Made by a program: the position numbers and the translations under genes
Assembly: GCA_945919375.1 (NCBI GenBank)
Contig: CAMEJD010000008.1
Coordinates: 1,970-65,969, forward strand
Direction: 5' to 3'
DNA from: an uncultured Clostridia bacterium
GTDB taxonomy: Bacteria > Bacillota > Clostridia > Christensenellales > UBA1242
Length of the DNA: 64,000 nt
Shown here: in pieces, positions 32,068-43,243 of the stretch
Numbering within the stretch: the stretch's first letter is position 1
Layout: each line of letters starts with the position of its first letter
The notes under the pieces: model-generated
The model's input: only the letters and a program-made list of their open reading frames with translations
What the model was told of the DNA's origin: nothing
Database searches by the model: none

Positions 32068-33233
32068 TATTTTGCCCTCCCAGTTTTTGTTACAGGTGAC
32101 ATAGCTCTAAGTTTTGCAACTTGTTTTGCGAGTGTGTCAATAACATAATCAACATCATCTTTTGAAATTGACTTATCAAAAGAGAATCTTATTGTTCCAT
32201 AAATATATTCATCACCTAAATGAATTGCTTTTAAGGTATTGTTTGGAGTCATATCTTCATTTATTGATGCACTGACTGAAATTCCGTTAAGGTCAAGTAA
32301 TGTCATAAGAGATTCACTGTTAATCATTTCAAAAGACAAACTCAATATATTGTTTGCTTTTTGATATTGGTGACCATTTACTTTTATAAATTCAATTTTT
32401 GCGGTTACATTTCTTACAAAATAATCTCTAAGTCCTTTAAGTTTTTGGTTATTTACAACGATATCACGAGTTGCAACTTCAACAGCCTTTCCAAATCCAA
32501 CAATTGCTGGAACATTGAGTGAACCGGCACGCATACCAGATTCTTCATTTGAACCAAGCATAAATTTTTCTATTTCAATACCATTTTTAAGATATAATGC
32601 CCCAACACCTTTTGGGCCATGAATTGCTTCTGCAGACATTGTCATTGCATCAATTCCCATATCAACGACATTAAGTTTTACAAATCCAACTACCATACTT
32701 GCATCTGTGTGGAATATTGCGCCTTTGTCATGAGCAATATTTGCCAAAGTTTTTATATTTTGAATTGTTCCAATATCTTTATTTAGTGCACTGATTGAAA
32801 CCAAAATTGTTTCATCTTTGATATAGTGCAACAATTCAATCAAACTAACAAGACCTTCACTATCGCAATCAATGTAATCAACATCAAAGCCTTCACTTTC
32901 AAGTTGTTTGCAACAAGCAAGCACACTTTCACTTTCCAACTTTGAAACGATTATATGATTACCTTTATTTCTGTTTGCTCTTGCAAGACCTAATATTGCC
33001 CAGTTGTTTGATTCTGTTGTTGAAGATGTGAAATAAACTTCTTTTACATTGGCATTTATTGATTTTGCAATCTTTTCTCTTGATCTTTCAACCAAACCGC
33101 TTGCTTCTCTTCCAAAAGCGTGTGACTTGCTTGGCTCGCCATAAAAAGATGTAAAGCAAGGCATCATTTCATTGAGGACTTCGCTTGAAACACTTGTTGA
33201 TGAAGCATTATCCAAATAAATTCTTCTTTCCAT
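32067..33233 (-). CDS. IscS/NifS-like cysteine desulfurase homologue lacking the PLP lysine and catalytic cysteine
   Basis: IYLDNASST, FTSSTTESNN, HGPKGVGALY, MRAGSLNVPAIVG, IRFSF, LRAMSP; SAHK is SAEA and SSGSAC is SASINE. Confidence 0.88.
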   Translation of the reverse strand: MERRIYLDNASSTSVSSEVLNEMMPCFTSFYGEPSKSHAFGREASGLVERSREKIAKSINANVKEVYFTSSTTESNNWAILGLARANRNKGNHIIVSKLESESVLACCKQLESEGFDVDYIDCDSEGLVSLIELLHYIKDETILVSISALNKDIGTIQNIKTLANIAHDKGAIFHTDASMVVGFVKLNVVDMGIDAMTMSAEAIHGPKGVGALYLKNGIEIEKFMLGSNEESGMRAGSLNVPAIVGFGKAVEVATRDIVVNNQKLKGLRDYFVRNVTAKIEFIKVNGHQYQKANNILSLSFEMINSESLMTLLDLNGISVSASINEDMTPNNTLKAIHLGDEYIYGTIRFSFDKSISKDDVDYVIDTLAKQVAKLRAMSPVTKTGRAK

Positions 33234-33286
33234 TTTGTTTCCCTTTTACTTTTGTATTATAACACCATTAAAAATGGTTTGCAATA

Positions 33287-33601
33287 TCAAATTTTTGAAA
33301 AATTGTTTAATTTGGCAAGAATGTCCTCTTTTTGCATATAGCCTGAAAATTTTTCTTGTTCCTTGCCGTCTTTGAATATTATCATTGTTGGAACAACCAT
33401 AATGCCGAACTTTCGAGAAAGGTCCTCACTTTTATCAATATCAACCTTGTAGATCTTTGCGTCTGTTTCTTCGCTTACCTCTTCCAAAACCGGTGTAAGC
33501 ATTCTACATGGTCCACACCAGGTTGCAAAAAAATCAACAAGGACAATGCCATTTGTATTTGTTACTTTTTCTTCAAAATTATCGCTGTTTATAATTTCCA
33601 T
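33287..33601 (-). CDS. trxA: Thioredoxin
   Basis: WCGPC active site. Confidence 0.95.
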   Translation of the reverse strand: MEIINSDNFEEKVTNTNGIVLVDFFATWCGPCRMLTPVLEEVSEETDAKIYKVDIDKSEDLSRKFGIMVVPTMIIFKDGKEQEKFSGYMQKEDILAKLNNFSKI

Positions 33602-33611
33602 AAAATTCTCC

Positions 33612-34919
33612 TTACAAAATATATTTTTTCAAATCTCTTTGTTTTACTGTTTCGCCAAACACCTTGATGACATATGGTCTATCAATAACAACTTCGCTTA
33701 ATGGGTATTCACCACTTGCATTAAATGAAACATCTTCCAAGAGTTTTTCCATTATAGTATGCAACCTTCTTGCACCAATATTCTCTGAACTTTCGTTTTG
33801 TTGTTCGGCAATTGTTGCAATTTCATCAAGAGCATCATCGGTAAATTTAAGGTCAATGTTATCAACCTTAAGCAAACTTGCATATTGCAAAGTGATAGCA
33901 TTTTTTGGAGTTGACAAAATTTTTACAAAATCTTGTTTTGTCAAATTATCAAGGTCAACTCTTATTGGGAATCTTCCCTGAAGTTCTGGAATCATATCTT
34001 CAATTTTGGAAACATGGAATGCACCTGCCGCAATAAACAAAATAAAGTCGGTTTTAACATTGCCATATTTTGTTGCAACTGTTGAGCCTTCAACAATCGG
34101 CAAAATATCCCTTTGAACACCTTCTCTTGACACATCGGGGCCACTTTGTGAAGATTTGCCAACAATCTTATCCATTTCATCAATAAAAATTATACCTTCT
34201 TCCTCTGCCCTTCTTATTGCTTCACTGTTTACATTATCATTGTCGATAAGTTTTTCACTTTCTTCTTCCATAAGATTTTCTCTTGCGTGAAGAACTGTCA
34301 TTTTTTTCTTTTTCTTTTTGTTTGGGAAAATATCACCAAAAACTGCGCCAATACTAATTTCGCCCATTCCCATACCATTCATCATATCAAATGATGCAGA
34401 TTTTTCTCTTACTTCTACCTCTATTGTCAAATTTTCATATTTGCCTTGATTATAATTTTCTTCAATTTCGGCAATTGTTAAATTTTCTTGAGGGTTTGTT
34501 TTTACAAGTGTTTCAGCAATTATTTTTACCAATCTTTCGTCAACAACTTTTTTTGCCTTTTGCTCAACTTCGTGCATTTTTTCATCTTTCACCATTCTAA
34601 TTGAAACAGACACCAAATCACGAACCATGCTTTCAACATCTCTACCAACATAGCCTACTTCGGTATATTTTGTTGCTTCAATTTTTACAAAAGGTGCTTT
34701 AACAAGTTTTGCAAGACGTCTTGCAATTTCAGTTTTACCAACACCCGTTGGTCCTTTCATAATAATGTTTTTGGGAGTGATTTCGTCACGAATTTCTTTT
34801 GGTAATTGACTTCTTCTATATCGATTACGAAGAGCAATTGCAACTGCCTTTTTGGCTTCATTTTGACCAATTATATATTTATCTAATTCTGTTACTATTT
34901 CTTTTGGCGTTAAACTCAT
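33612..34919 (-). CDS. hslU: ATP-dependent protease ATPase subunit HslU (ClpY)
   Basis: [19 protein letters not shown] pore loop, ENIGARRL. Confidence 0.97.
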   Translation of the reverse strand: MSLTPKEIVTELDKYIIGQNEAKKAVAIALRNRYRRSQLPKEIRDEITPKNIIMKGPTGVGKTEIARRLAKLVKAPFVKIEATKYTEVGYVGRDVESMVRDLVSVSIRMVKDEKMHEVEQKAKKVVDERLVKIIAETLVKTNPQENLTIAEIEENYNQGKYENLTIEVEVREKSASFDMMNGMGMGEISIGAVFGDIFPNKKKKKKMTVLHARENLMEEESEKLIDNDNVNSEAIRRAEEEGIIFIDEMDKIVGKSSQSGPDVSREGVQRDILPIVEGSTVATKYGNVKTDFILFIAAGAFHVSKIEDMIPELQGRFPIRVDLDNLTKQDFVKILSTPKNAITLQYASLLKVDNIDLKFTDDALDEIATIAEQQNESSENIGARRLHTIMEKLLEDVSFNASGEYPLSEVVIDRPYVIKVFGETVKQRDLKKYIL

Positions 34920-34927
34920 AAGTCCTC

Positions 34928-35467
34928 CTAAACTTCTTCACAAACAATATTTGAATTTGTGAAAATACAAATTTCGCTTGCAATTAAAATTGACTTTTTT
35001 GCAATTTCTTTTGCTGATAGTTTTGTGTTTTGCATAAGTGCTTTTGCTGCCGCTAGTGCATAGTTCCCACCACTTCCAATAGCACAAACATTATCTTGAG
35101 GTTCAATAACTTCACCTGTTCCTGACAAAATTAACATTTGGTCGTGGTCGGCAACAATCATCATTGCTTCAAGTTGTCTTAATGCCTTGTCCATTCTCCA
35201 AAGCGATGCAAGTTCAACTGCACTTTTCATAAGATTTCCAGAAAATTTGTTTAACATCTCTTCAAATCTTTCACTTAAACTAAATGCATCGGCGACAGAA
35301 CCTGCAAACCCGATAACAACCTTATTGTTGTATATTCTTCTAACTTTTACCGCATTATTTTTAAAAATAACACTTTGCCCCATTGTGACTTGACCATCGC
35401 CACAAACACAGGTCTTTCCATCTCTTTTTACTGCACAAATTGTTGTGCCTTTAAACAAACTTTCCAT
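34928..35467 (-). CDS. hslV: ATP-dependent protease peptidase subunit HslV (ClpQ)
   Basis: GTTI N-terminal threonine, GDGQVT, AIGSGG. Confidence 0.97.
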   Translation of the reverse strand: MESLFKGTTICAVKRDGKTCVCGDGQVTMGQSVIFKNNAVKVRRIYNNKVVIGFAGSVADAFSLSERFEEMLNKFSGNLMKSAVELASLWRMDKALRQLEAMMIVADHDQMLILSGTGEVIEPQDNVCAIGSGGNYALAAAKALMQNTKLSAKEIAKKSILIASEICIFTNSNIVCEEV

Positions 35468-35468
35468 A

Positions 35469-36779
35469 TTAGTCCTCCATATATTCTTTTATTGCATCCA
35501 TTGAACGAGATAAAAAATATTCCTTACGTAATCTTTTGTCAGAAATATCTTTGTCGCATACAAAAATTCCATAATTTGCATTCATAGGTTCAAAATTTTT
35601 TTCGTTCGCTGGGTTTGTTATATATTCTATAATAGCACCAAGACATGTGTTTTTGCTAATGTTTTTTAATGGTTTATCATCAATTAGTCTTAATACATTT
35701 TGTGCCACATATAGACCACTCGCAATGCTTTCGACATAACCTTCCACACCACTTAATTGACCAGCAATAAAAACATTTTTGTAATTTTTTAGTTGAGAAA
35801 ACCCATTTAGACACCTTGGCGCATTTATATAACTATTTCTATGCATTGTGCCATACCTTAAAAATTCAGCATTTTTTAAGGCTGGAATAAGCGAAAATAC
35901 TCTTTTTTGTTCTCCAAATAACAAATTGGTTTGAAAACCAACCATATTAAGTGCTGTCCCATTGGTATTCTCGCGCCTTAACTGAACCATTGCATACGGC
36001 TTGCCTTCTTTTACTTGGTGAGAAAGTCCAACCGGCTTCATTGGACCAAAGCGTAGTGATCTATCCCCACGTTTTGCAAGCACTTCAACTGGCATACATC
36101 CTTCAAATACTTTTAACTTTTCAAAAGAATGTAACTCAACAGTTTTTGCTTCTTTTAGTTCTTTTACAAAATTTTGATATTCATCATAATAAAGCCAACA
36201 ATTCAAATAATCCTTTCCGCCTTTTTCATATCTACTCCCCCAAAATGCACGATTCATATCTATGCTTTCCAAACTTACGATTGGAGCAATTGCATCATAA
36301 AAATAACAATTGTCTTGACCAATAAGTTTTTGCAAATTGGAAAATAGTTCATCGTCACATAACGGACCTGTTGCGATTATTGTTGGGATAGTTGTATCAA
36401 TGTCGGTCACAACTTTGTCTACCACTTTGATATTTTTATTTTGATAGATTTCGTCAGTTATCATCTTTGAGAATTTATCTCTATCAACAGCAAGGGAGTT
36501 CCCCGCAGGAACAGAGCATTTTTCGGCTATGTCAAGCAAAAAACACCTCATCTTTTTTAATTCCAATTTAAGCAAACCACTTGCCGACAAACTTTCGGTG
36601 CTTTTTAGACTATTTGAGCAAACAAGTTCGGCAAAAAAATCGCTTTTTTGCGCGGGTGTTTTTTTGACTTTTTTCATTTCATACAAATTTACTTTAACAT
36701 TATTGCGTGCCAAAAACATTGCTGATTCACAACCAGCAAGTCCGGCACCTATTATATTTACAACTTTATTCTTTAACAT
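35469..36779 (-). CDS. trmFO: Folate/FAD-dependent tRNA m5U54 methyltransferase TrmFO (Gid)
   Basis: [27 protein letters not shown]. Confidence 0.95.
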   Translation of the reverse strand: MLKNKVVNIIGAGLAGCESAMFLARNNVKVNLYEMKKVKKTPAQKSDFFAELVCSNSLKSTESLSASGLLKLELKKMRCFLLDIAEKCSVPAGNSLAVDRDKFSKMITDEIYQNKNIKVVDKVVTDIDTTIPTIIATGPLCDDELFSNLQKLIGQDNCYFYDAIAPIVSLESIDMNRAFWGSRYEKGGKDYLNCWLYYDEYQNFVKELKEAKTVELHSFEKLKVFEGCMPVEVLAKRGDRSLRFGPMKPVGLSHQVKEGKPYAMVQLRRENTNGTALNMVGFQTNLLFGEQKRVFSLIPALKNAEFLRYGTMHRNSYINAPRCLNGFSQLKNYKNVFIAGQLSGVEGYVESIASGLYVAQNVLRLIDDKPLKNISKNTCLGAIIEYITNPANEKNFEPMNANYGIFVCDKDISDKRLRKEYFLSRSMDAIKEYMED

Positions 36780-38838
36780 ATTTACAATTTGGGTTTGAGC
36801 AAACAACCTTTTCACTTTTTTTTACCAAAGGTGACTTACACTCTGGGCATTTTTCGCCTGTTGGAATATCCCAACTCATAAATTTGCAATCTGGATATCC
36901 ACTGCAAGAATAAAAGATCTTGCCTTTTTTACTTCGCATTTGAATAACTTCTTTGCCACACTCTGGGCAAACACCTTTTGGCAAAGATTCATCTTGATAT
37001 GGCATAATGTTATGGCATGTTGGAAAGTTTGAACAACCCAAAAACTTGCCAAACTTGCCTTCCCTTATCACCATATCATGCCCACACTTATCACACTTTA
37101 TATCTGTTTTTATTGGCTCTTTTTTTGGCGAAACGTATGCATTAAAGTTTGCATTTGACAAAAGTTCCTTAAAACTCTTCCAAAATGCATCAATAACATC
37201 TTGCCATTTTACTTCATCTTCGGCAACTTCATCAAGTTTTGTTTCCATATAGGCAGTAAACTTGACATTTATCATCTTATTAAAATAGTTCTCCAAAAAT
37301 CCAGTTACACTTTTTCCAAGTTCAGTTGGAACAATATATTTGCCGTCTTTTGTGGTGTATTCACGAGATGCAATTGTTGTTACAGTTGGTGCATATGTTG
37401 CAGGACGACCAATTCCTTTTTCTTCCATTGCCTTTACCAAACTTGCTTCTGTGTATCTTACTGGTGGTTTTGTGAATTTTTGTTCTGGTTTTAATTCAAC
37501 AAATTCTAATAGATCGCCAACTTCCATTTTTGGTAATTTTGAATTGTCTTTTTCTTCTTTTTCATCTTCTTTGGCACTATCATATGCTTTATAGACACTT
37601 GTCCAACCTGCAAAATTAAGAGTTTTGCCGACTGCTTTAAATACACAATCATTTGCCTTTATTTCACAAGTTACATTGTCATATTCTGCATCAGACATTT
37701 GACAAGCGACAAATCTCTCGTAAATAAGTTTGTAGAGTTTGTAAGCATCACTTGGTGCGATATTTTTTATGCTTTCTGGGTCACGAGCAAGTGAAATTGG
37801 TCTTATCGCTTCGTGAGCGTCTTGGGCATTTTCTTTGACATGGAAAATGTTTGGTTTTGATGGCAAATATTCATTTCCATATTTGTTTGAGATAAAATCT
37901 CTTGCCATTGCCAAAGCACCTTCACTAATTCTTACGCTATCGGTTCTTATATATGTGATAAAGGCAATTTTTCCTTCGCCCGGCAAATCAATGCCTTCAT
38001 ATAATTGTTGAGCGGCACTTGTTGTGCGTTTTAATGACATATTCAATTTGTTTAATGCATCTTGTTGCATTGTGCTTGTTGTAAATGGTGCAGGTGCTTT
38101 TGACTTTGTTCTTGATTTCTTTACATCTTGTACAGTGTAGTTTGCATTTTTTAGGTTTGTCAAAACTTCATCAACTTCGCCTTTGTTGGCAAGTTTAATT
38201 TTTTTGCCCCTAAAAGACAATAATGCTGACTTAAACTGCGAACTATTCTTTTTTAGTATTGCCCCAAGATTCCAATATTCTTCCGGTTTAAAGTTCTCAA
38301 TTTCCTTTTCTCTGTCAACAACAAGTCTTAAACAAACCGACTGAACACGACCAGCACTGAGTTTGGGTTGAATTTTTTTGCATAAAATTGGGGATAGTTT
38401 GTATCCCATAATTCTGTCAAGTATTCTTCTTGCTTGTTGTGCATCAACCAAGTTTAGGTCAATTGCTCTTGGGCAAGTTAATGCCTTTTCAACTGCTGAC
38501 TTGCTAATTTCATTGAATACAATACGACATTTTGAATTTGGGTCAATCCCCAAACAATATGCCAAGTGCCAAGCAATTGCTTCTCCTTCTCTATCTGGGT
38601 CGGTTGCAAGCAAAATGCCATCACACTTTTCGGCTTTTTTCTTTATATCTTCAATAACACTCTTTTTGTCCGGTAAAATTTCATATCTTGGCTCATAGTT
38701 GTTGTTAAGGTCAACACTAAAAGAATTTTTTGGCAAATCTCTTACATGCCCTTTTGATGACACAACAAGATAGTCCTTTCCCAAATATTTTTGCAATGTT
38801 TCTCTTTTCCCTGGAGATTCAATTACAACAAGTTTCAT
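36766..38838 (-). CDS. topA: DNA topoisomerase I
   Basis: LVVIESPGK, ATDPDREGE, SAGRVQS, ITYIRTD, C-terminal zinc ribbons. Confidence 0.97.
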   Translation of the reverse strand: MKLVVIESPGKRETLQKYLGKDYLVVSSKGHVRDLPKNSFSVDLNNNYEPRYEILPDKKSVIEDIKKKAEKCDGILLATDPDREGEAIAWHLAYCLGIDPNSKCRIVFNEISKSAVEKALTCPRAIDLNLVDAQQARRILDRIMGYKLSPILCKKIQPKLSAGRVQSVCLRLVVDREKEIENFKPEEYWNLGAILKKNSSQFKSALLSFRGKKIKLANKGEVDEVLTNLKNANYTVQDVKKSRTKSKAPAPFTTSTMQQDALNKLNMSLKRTTSAAQQLYEGIDLPGEGKIAFITYIRTDSVRISEGALAMARDFISNKYGNEYLPSKPNIFHVKENAQDAHEAIRPISLARDPESIKNIAPSDAYKLYKLIYERFVACQMSDAEYDNVTCEIKANDCVFKAVGKTLNFAGWTSVYKAYDSAKEDEKEEKDNSKLPKMEVGDLLEFVELKPEQKFTKPPVRYTEASLVKAMEEKGIGRPATYAPTVTTIASREYTTKDGKYIVPTELGKSVTGFLENYFNKMINVKFTAYMETKLDEVAEDEVKWQDVIDAFWKSFKELLSNANFNAYVSPKKEPIKTDIKCDKCGHDMVIREGKFGKFLGCSNFPTCHNIMPYQDESLPKGVCPECGKEVIQMRSKKGKIFYSCSGYPDCKFMSWDIPTGEKCPECKSPLVKKSEKVVCSNPNCKYVKE

Positions 38839-38846
38839 TTGTCCTC

Positions 38847-39923
38847 CTAAATCGAATAATAATTCCCTGGTAATTTTTTTATTATTCCACGAATTTGCAT
38901 TGTTGTCAAACAAGTATTCAAATTTTGTACAGAAAGATTTGTATAAATTTGTAAATCATCAAAACTTCTTTCCCCAATCGTTAAGTAATTATAAATACGC
39001 TGTTCGTCAAAATTAAGTTGAATTTTCTTTTCCTTTTTTGCATTTGCCGTTATTCCATAACTATTCAAAATATCTTCAACACACGTCACGCATGCACCAT
39101 GTCCACTTTTTATTATGTTGTTTGTTCCTTTGCTGTTTATGTTGTTTATATTCCCCGGAATACTAAAAACATCTCGCCCAAGTTCCAAAGCAAAATCTTT
39201 TGTGTATAATGCACCACTTTTTTCGCCCGCTTCAGTAACAAGAACACCCTTGCTTAATGCGGCAATTATTCTGTTTCTTGCGGGGAAAGAATAACTTGTT
39301 GGCTTAAATGATGGATAATATTCAGTGAGTAGTAAACCTTTTTGAGCAATTTCTTTTGACAAATTCACGTTCATTGCCGGATACATATGCTCAAAGCCAT
39401 TTCCAAGCACCGCAATTGTTTTTCCCCCATATTTTAGACACGTTTCGTGAGATATTTTGTCAACACCAACAGCAAGACCACTTACAATTGTAAATCCATT
39501 TTCGGATAATCCTTTTGCAAACTTTTCGGTTACATCTTGACCATAAAAAGATGGTTTTCGCGTTCCAACCATTGCAATGCAAGGTGTGTCCAAAAGCTCC
39601 AAATTCCCTTTGTAGTACAAAATAAATGGTGGTTGGTCAAGTTCTATCAGTTTTTGTGGGTAGTTATCATCTTCAATTGTCACATATCCAACCATATTAG
39701 TTTTTAGGTAATCTTCAAAAGTTTGAAAAGAAAAATCATTTAGCATTCTTTGAATGGTATCAAATTTTTGGCCAAACTCTTGAACAATAAAACTTTCCGC
39801 ACCGTCAATTGCCGTCAAGACTTGGTCAATGCAAGAATAGTGCGAAACAATATCACTAAACTTTTTGTATGTTATGTCTAGTGATGATAAAAATATGTAT
39901 GCTTTGTCTTTGTTTGTTATCAT
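38847..39923 (-). CDS. dprA: DNA-processing protein DprA
   Basis: VGTRK, IVSGLAVGVD, FPARNRIIAAL, C-terminal winged helix. Confidence 0.95.
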   Translation of the reverse strand: MITNKDKAYIFLSSLDITYKKFSDIVSHYSCIDQVLTAIDGAESFIVQEFGQKFDTIQRMLNDFSFQTFEDYLKTNMVGYVTIEDDNYPQKLIELDQPPFILYYKGNLELLDTPCIAMVGTRKPSFYGQDVTEKFAKGLSENGFTIVSGLAVGVDKISHETCLKYGGKTIAVLGNGFEHMYPAMNVNLSKEIAQKGLLLTEYYPSFKPTSYSFPARNRIIAALSKGVLVTEAGEKSGALYTKDFALELGRDVFSIPGNINNINSKGTNNIIKSGHGACVTCVEDILNSYGITANAKKEKKIQLNFDEQRIYNYLTIGERSFDDLQIYTNLSVQNLNTCLTTMQIRGIIKKLPGNYYSI

Positions 39924-41461
39924 TAAATCAAATATTTCCTATCAAGTGAGCGATATTGTATCGCTTCTGCTATATGTTCTGGCAAAATGTTCTCTTCGCC
40001 CGCAAGGTCGGCAATTGTTCTTGCAACTTTTAGTATTCTGTCATGTGCCCTTGCCGACAAATTCAACTTTTCAAACGCAAGTTGCAAAATTTGTTTTGCA
40101 TCTTCACTTAAAGCACAATACTTTTTGGTTTGAACAACATTCATTTTTGCATTTGAATATACCTTTGTTCCTTTAAATCTTTCAAGTTGCTTTGCCTTTG
40201 CCTTGTTTACTCTTTCCCTAATTACGGCACTACTTTCACATTCTTCATTTGAGTGCAAATCGTCATATGTAACATTGTCAACTTCAACGTGCAAATCTAT
40301 TCTATCCATAATTGGCCCCGAAAGTTTTGCCAAGTATTTATGAATTTGTTGTGGCGAACACCTGCATTCAAGTTTTTTTGAGCCATAATTCCCACATGGG
40401 CATGGGTTCATACTTGCAACCAAAATAAAAGATGACGGATATGTTACAGTTTGATTTGCTCTTGCAACAGTAATTTGACCATCTTCCAAAGGTTGCCTTA
40501 ATGTTTCAATAAACGACCTTGTGTATTCCGGCATTTCATCCAAAAATAATACACCATTGTGTGCCAAACTAATTTCCCCCGGTTTTGAGTTTGTTCCACC
40601 ACCAACCAAACTAACATTGCTTGCTGTGTGATGTGGTGTTCTAAATGGTCTTTGTAAAATTATACCTTCACTTAAATCTAAAGCACCAGCTATACTATGT
40701 ATTTTTGTTACTTCCAATGCTTCTTCAAATGTCATATCCGGCAAAATGCTAGGGAAACACTTGGCAAGCATAGTTTTTCCACTCCCCGGTGGTCCAATCA
40801 TCAAAATATTGTGCCCACCTGCAGCTGCGATTTCCAATGCCCTTTTTGCCGAAAATTGACCTTTTACATTTTTCATATCCAAACTTTGAGAACTTTTTTC
40901 ATTCTTAAGCTTTTCAAAGTTAGATGTTTCAACAACTATCAATTTCTTCTCTGGATTTTTGTATGACTCCACAAGTTCATAAAGACTTGATATTGTGTTT
41001 ACAGTTATCCCTTCAATAAAACTTGCTTCAAAATAATTTGCTTGTGGAATAACAAAGTGTGAGTATCCCTTTTCTTTGGCAGCAATCAAAATTGGCAAAA
41101 CGCCATTAACCTTTTTCACTTCGCCATTAAGTGAAAGTTCGCCAATAAAAACCGTGTTTTCGGTCAACTTGTAATCAATTTGATTTGTTGCACAAAGAAT
41201 TGCAACTGCCATTCCAAGGTCATAGTGTGGACCTTCCTTTTTTCTGTCTGCAGGTGCAAGATTACATACAATACTTGAAACAGGATAATCGTATCCCGAG
41301 TTTTTTATTGCACTTTTTACCCTTTCTTTTGATTCCTTTATGGCAGTATCTCCAAGCCCAACAATATCAAACTTTGGCAAGCCATTTGATATATCAACTT
41401 CAATGGTAACCAAATAGCCATCAATACCATTAAGACCAAAACTTAAAACTTTTGCTAACAT
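39923..41461 (-). CDS. comM: ComM/YifB Mg-chelatase-like AAA+ helicase
   Basis: NLAPAD, GPPGSGKTMLA, PFRTPHHT, MNPCPCG. Confidence 0.92.
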   Translation of the reverse strand: MLAKVLSFGLNGIDGYLVTIEVDISNGLPKFDIVGLGDTAIKESKERVKSAIKNSGYDYPVSSIVCNLAPADRKKEGPHYDLGMAVAILCATNQIDYKLTENTVFIGELSLNGEVKKVNGVLPILIAAKEKGYSHFVIPQANYFEASFIEGITVNTISSLYELVESYKNPEKKLIVVETSNFEKLKNEKSSQSLDMKNVKGQFSAKRALEIAAAGGHNILMIGPPGSGKTMLAKCFPSILPDMTFEEALEVTKIHSIAGALDLSEGIILQRPFRTPHHTASNVSLVGGGTNSKPGEISLAHNGVLFLDEMPEYTRSFIETLRQPLEDGQITVARANQTVTYPSSFILVASMNPCPCGNYGSKKLECRCSPQQIHKYLAKLSGPIMDRIDLHVEVDNVTYDDLHSNEECESSAVIRERVNKAKAKQLERFKGTKVYSNAKMNVVQTKKYCALSEDAKQILQLAFEKLNLSARAHDRILKVARTIADLAGEENILPEHIAEAIQYRSLDRKYLI

Positions 41462-41569
41462 ATATTCCCTTTGTTTTTTAGTATAGCATTAAAACCAAAC
41501 TTGTCAAAACAAAATTTAGGAATAAAAAATCACATAGCAAATTTTTGTTATGTGGTTTTGTTTTGAGAT

Positions 41570-41617
41570 GTTGAGATTTCTCCAAGGCAGGACGTTATGG
41601 TCGGCAGTCGAAATTAC
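41570..41617. repeat. 48-bp dispersed intergenic element, copy 1
   Basis: gttgagatttc...ggcagtcgaaattac; aligns without gaps to 60813-60860 and 63101-63148. Confidence 0.7.
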
Positions 41618-41623
41618 GACAAT

Positions 41624-41655
41624 AAAAAAAATCTAGCAATTGCTAGATTTCTTTT
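41624..41655 (-). terminator. Terminator with atctagc/gctagat stem
   Basis: aaaatctagc-aatt-gctagattt overlapping the U32 stop; same stem as 60904 and 63254. Confidence 0.7.
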
Positions 41656-42851
41656 CTTAATATATCGCCTTTTTCAAGATTAAGGTTTGTGAATAGATAT
41701 ATCTTTTGTTGAACATCTTTTGCGTCTACAATTTCTTCTCCATTTTCATCAGTCATTTTTTCTATTTTTATAGTCTTATTAAAGGTATCTTTGTTTGGAG
41801 ATAACACTTCCAAAGTATCACCAACTTTAAAACGATTTCTTTGCTCAATCAAAACCTTTTCCCCATCGCCATCAGCAAGTACGCTTGCCATAAACTCGGA
41901 TGTTTGAACAGGCATACTACTTTCCAAGCATTCCTTATCTTTTGCACCAAAATAGAAACCTGTTGTATATTTTCTGTGACTTGTTTTGCAAAGTTCCTTC
42001 TTTAACATATCAAAGTCTTTTTCTTTTAGTGTATTCATATTATCAAGTGCATAACGATAGGCATTTACAACATTTGCAACATAGTATGGAGATTTCATTC
42101 TTCCTTCAATCTTAAAACTAGTGACTCCTGCATCTTCAAGTTCTTTAAGGTGATCAATCATCATCATATCCTTGCTGTTAAGAATATAAGTGCCTCGGTC
42201 GTCTTCTTGGATTTCGTATTCTTCGCCCTTTCTTGATTTTTCTGTGATAGTATATTCCCATCTACATGGTTGAGTGCAAGCACCACGATTTGCATCACGA
42301 CCGGTAAGATAATTTGAAAGCAAACATCTTCCACTATATGAAATACACATTGCTCCATGAACAAAACTTTCAAGTTCCAAATCTTTTGGAATTCTTTTTC
42401 TAATTTGTTTTATTTCTTCAATACTCAATTCTCTTGCAAGAATAACTCTTTTTACGCCCATTTTGTACATAAAGTTAATTGCATAAGAATTAAGTATATT
42501 TGCTTGTGTTGAAACATGAATTGTTAAACTTGGTGCATTTTCTTTTATAAATTCAATTATACCGAGGTCAGATACAATAACTGCATCAACCTTTGCTTTA
42601 ACAAGCTCATCAAGGTATTCTTTTAACCCAATAAAATCACCTTCGTGAGCCAAAATGTTTATTGTTATATACACTTTTTTGCCTATGCTATGAGCATATG
42701 TTGTTGCTTCCTTAATTTCGTTATCTGAAAAATTACCTGCGAAAGCTCTTAATCCAAATTTTTTACCTGCAAAATAAACTGCATCTGCACCAAATCTAAA
42801 AGCGGTTTCCATTTTTTCAAATGTTCCAGCGGGTGCTAATAACTCTGCCAT
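41643..42851 (-). CDS. Peptidase U32 family protein (TrhP-like, probable tRNA hydroxylation)
   Basis: ELLAPAG, HGAMCISYSGRC, GACTQPCRW, FKIEGRMK. Confidence 0.9.
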   Translation of the reverse strand: MAELLAPAGTFEKMETAFRFGADAVYFAGKKFGLRAFAGNFSDNEIKEATTYAHSIGKKVYITINILAHEGDFIGLKEYLDELVKAKVDAVIVSDLGIIEFIKENAPSLTIHVSTQANILNSYAINFMYKMGVKRVILARELSIEEIKQIRKRIPKDLELESFVHGAMCISYSGRCLLSNYLTGRDANRGACTQPCRWEYTITEKSRKGEEYEIQEDDRGTYILNSKDMMMIDHLKELEDAGVTSFKIEGRMKSPYYVANVVNAYRYALDNMNTLKEKDFDMLKKELCKTSHRKYTTGFYFGAKDKECLESSMPVQTSEFMASVLADGDGEKVLIEQRNRFKVGDTLEVLSPNKDTFNKTIKIEKMTDENGEEIVDAKDVQQKIYLFTNLNLEKGDILRKEI

Positions 42852-42910
42852 AAATTTCTCCTTGTGTTTATACTTTTTTAGTATAACACAGGATTATGTT
42901 AAAAAGCAAC

Positions 42911-43171
42911 TTATGTTAGGCGTATTACCCTATAATTTATTCCATTGCCAACAAGTTGATAGATTCCGCCAAAGGTATCAAAGTTTCTTCTTGAAATAAT
43001 TTGTTTAACAATTCCCAAATCGGCATAAGAAAAGCGAACCGAAATCCCGCACGAAACATTTACTGCTCTTGGTGTGTTTATTATCTCACAAGGAACACGA
43101 TAGGACTTTAAGATATTAGCAAAGTTTATTGTATGAGATTTTGCTCTAAAAACGATAATACAATAATTCAT
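42911..43171 (-). CDS. DUF3343-like small protein (putative S/Se carrier)
   Basis: IINTPRAVNVSCGISVRF pattern; divergent from a cysteine desulfurase gene. Confidence 0.7.
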   Translation of the reverse strand: MNYCIIVFRAKSHTINFANILKSYRVPCEIINTPRAVNVSCGISVRFSYADLGIVKQIISRRNFDTFGGIYQLVGNGINYRVIRLT

Positions 43172-43243
43172 TTTTTCTCCCCTTGTAAACCAAATTTGAT
43201 ACTATTTCATACCATATTATTATATAGAACAAAGGAGTAAAAA

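Noticed and set aside
31633-33233. Labelling the iscS/iscU-like genes as pseudogenes
   Set aside because: Both frames are full length and uninterrupted, overlap by one base and retain structural motifs; the changes concentrate at catalytic positions.
41570-41617. 48-bp element as an integron attC site
   Set aside because: It lacks the RYYYAAC...GTTRRRY order of attC ends, and no integron integrase is present in the window.
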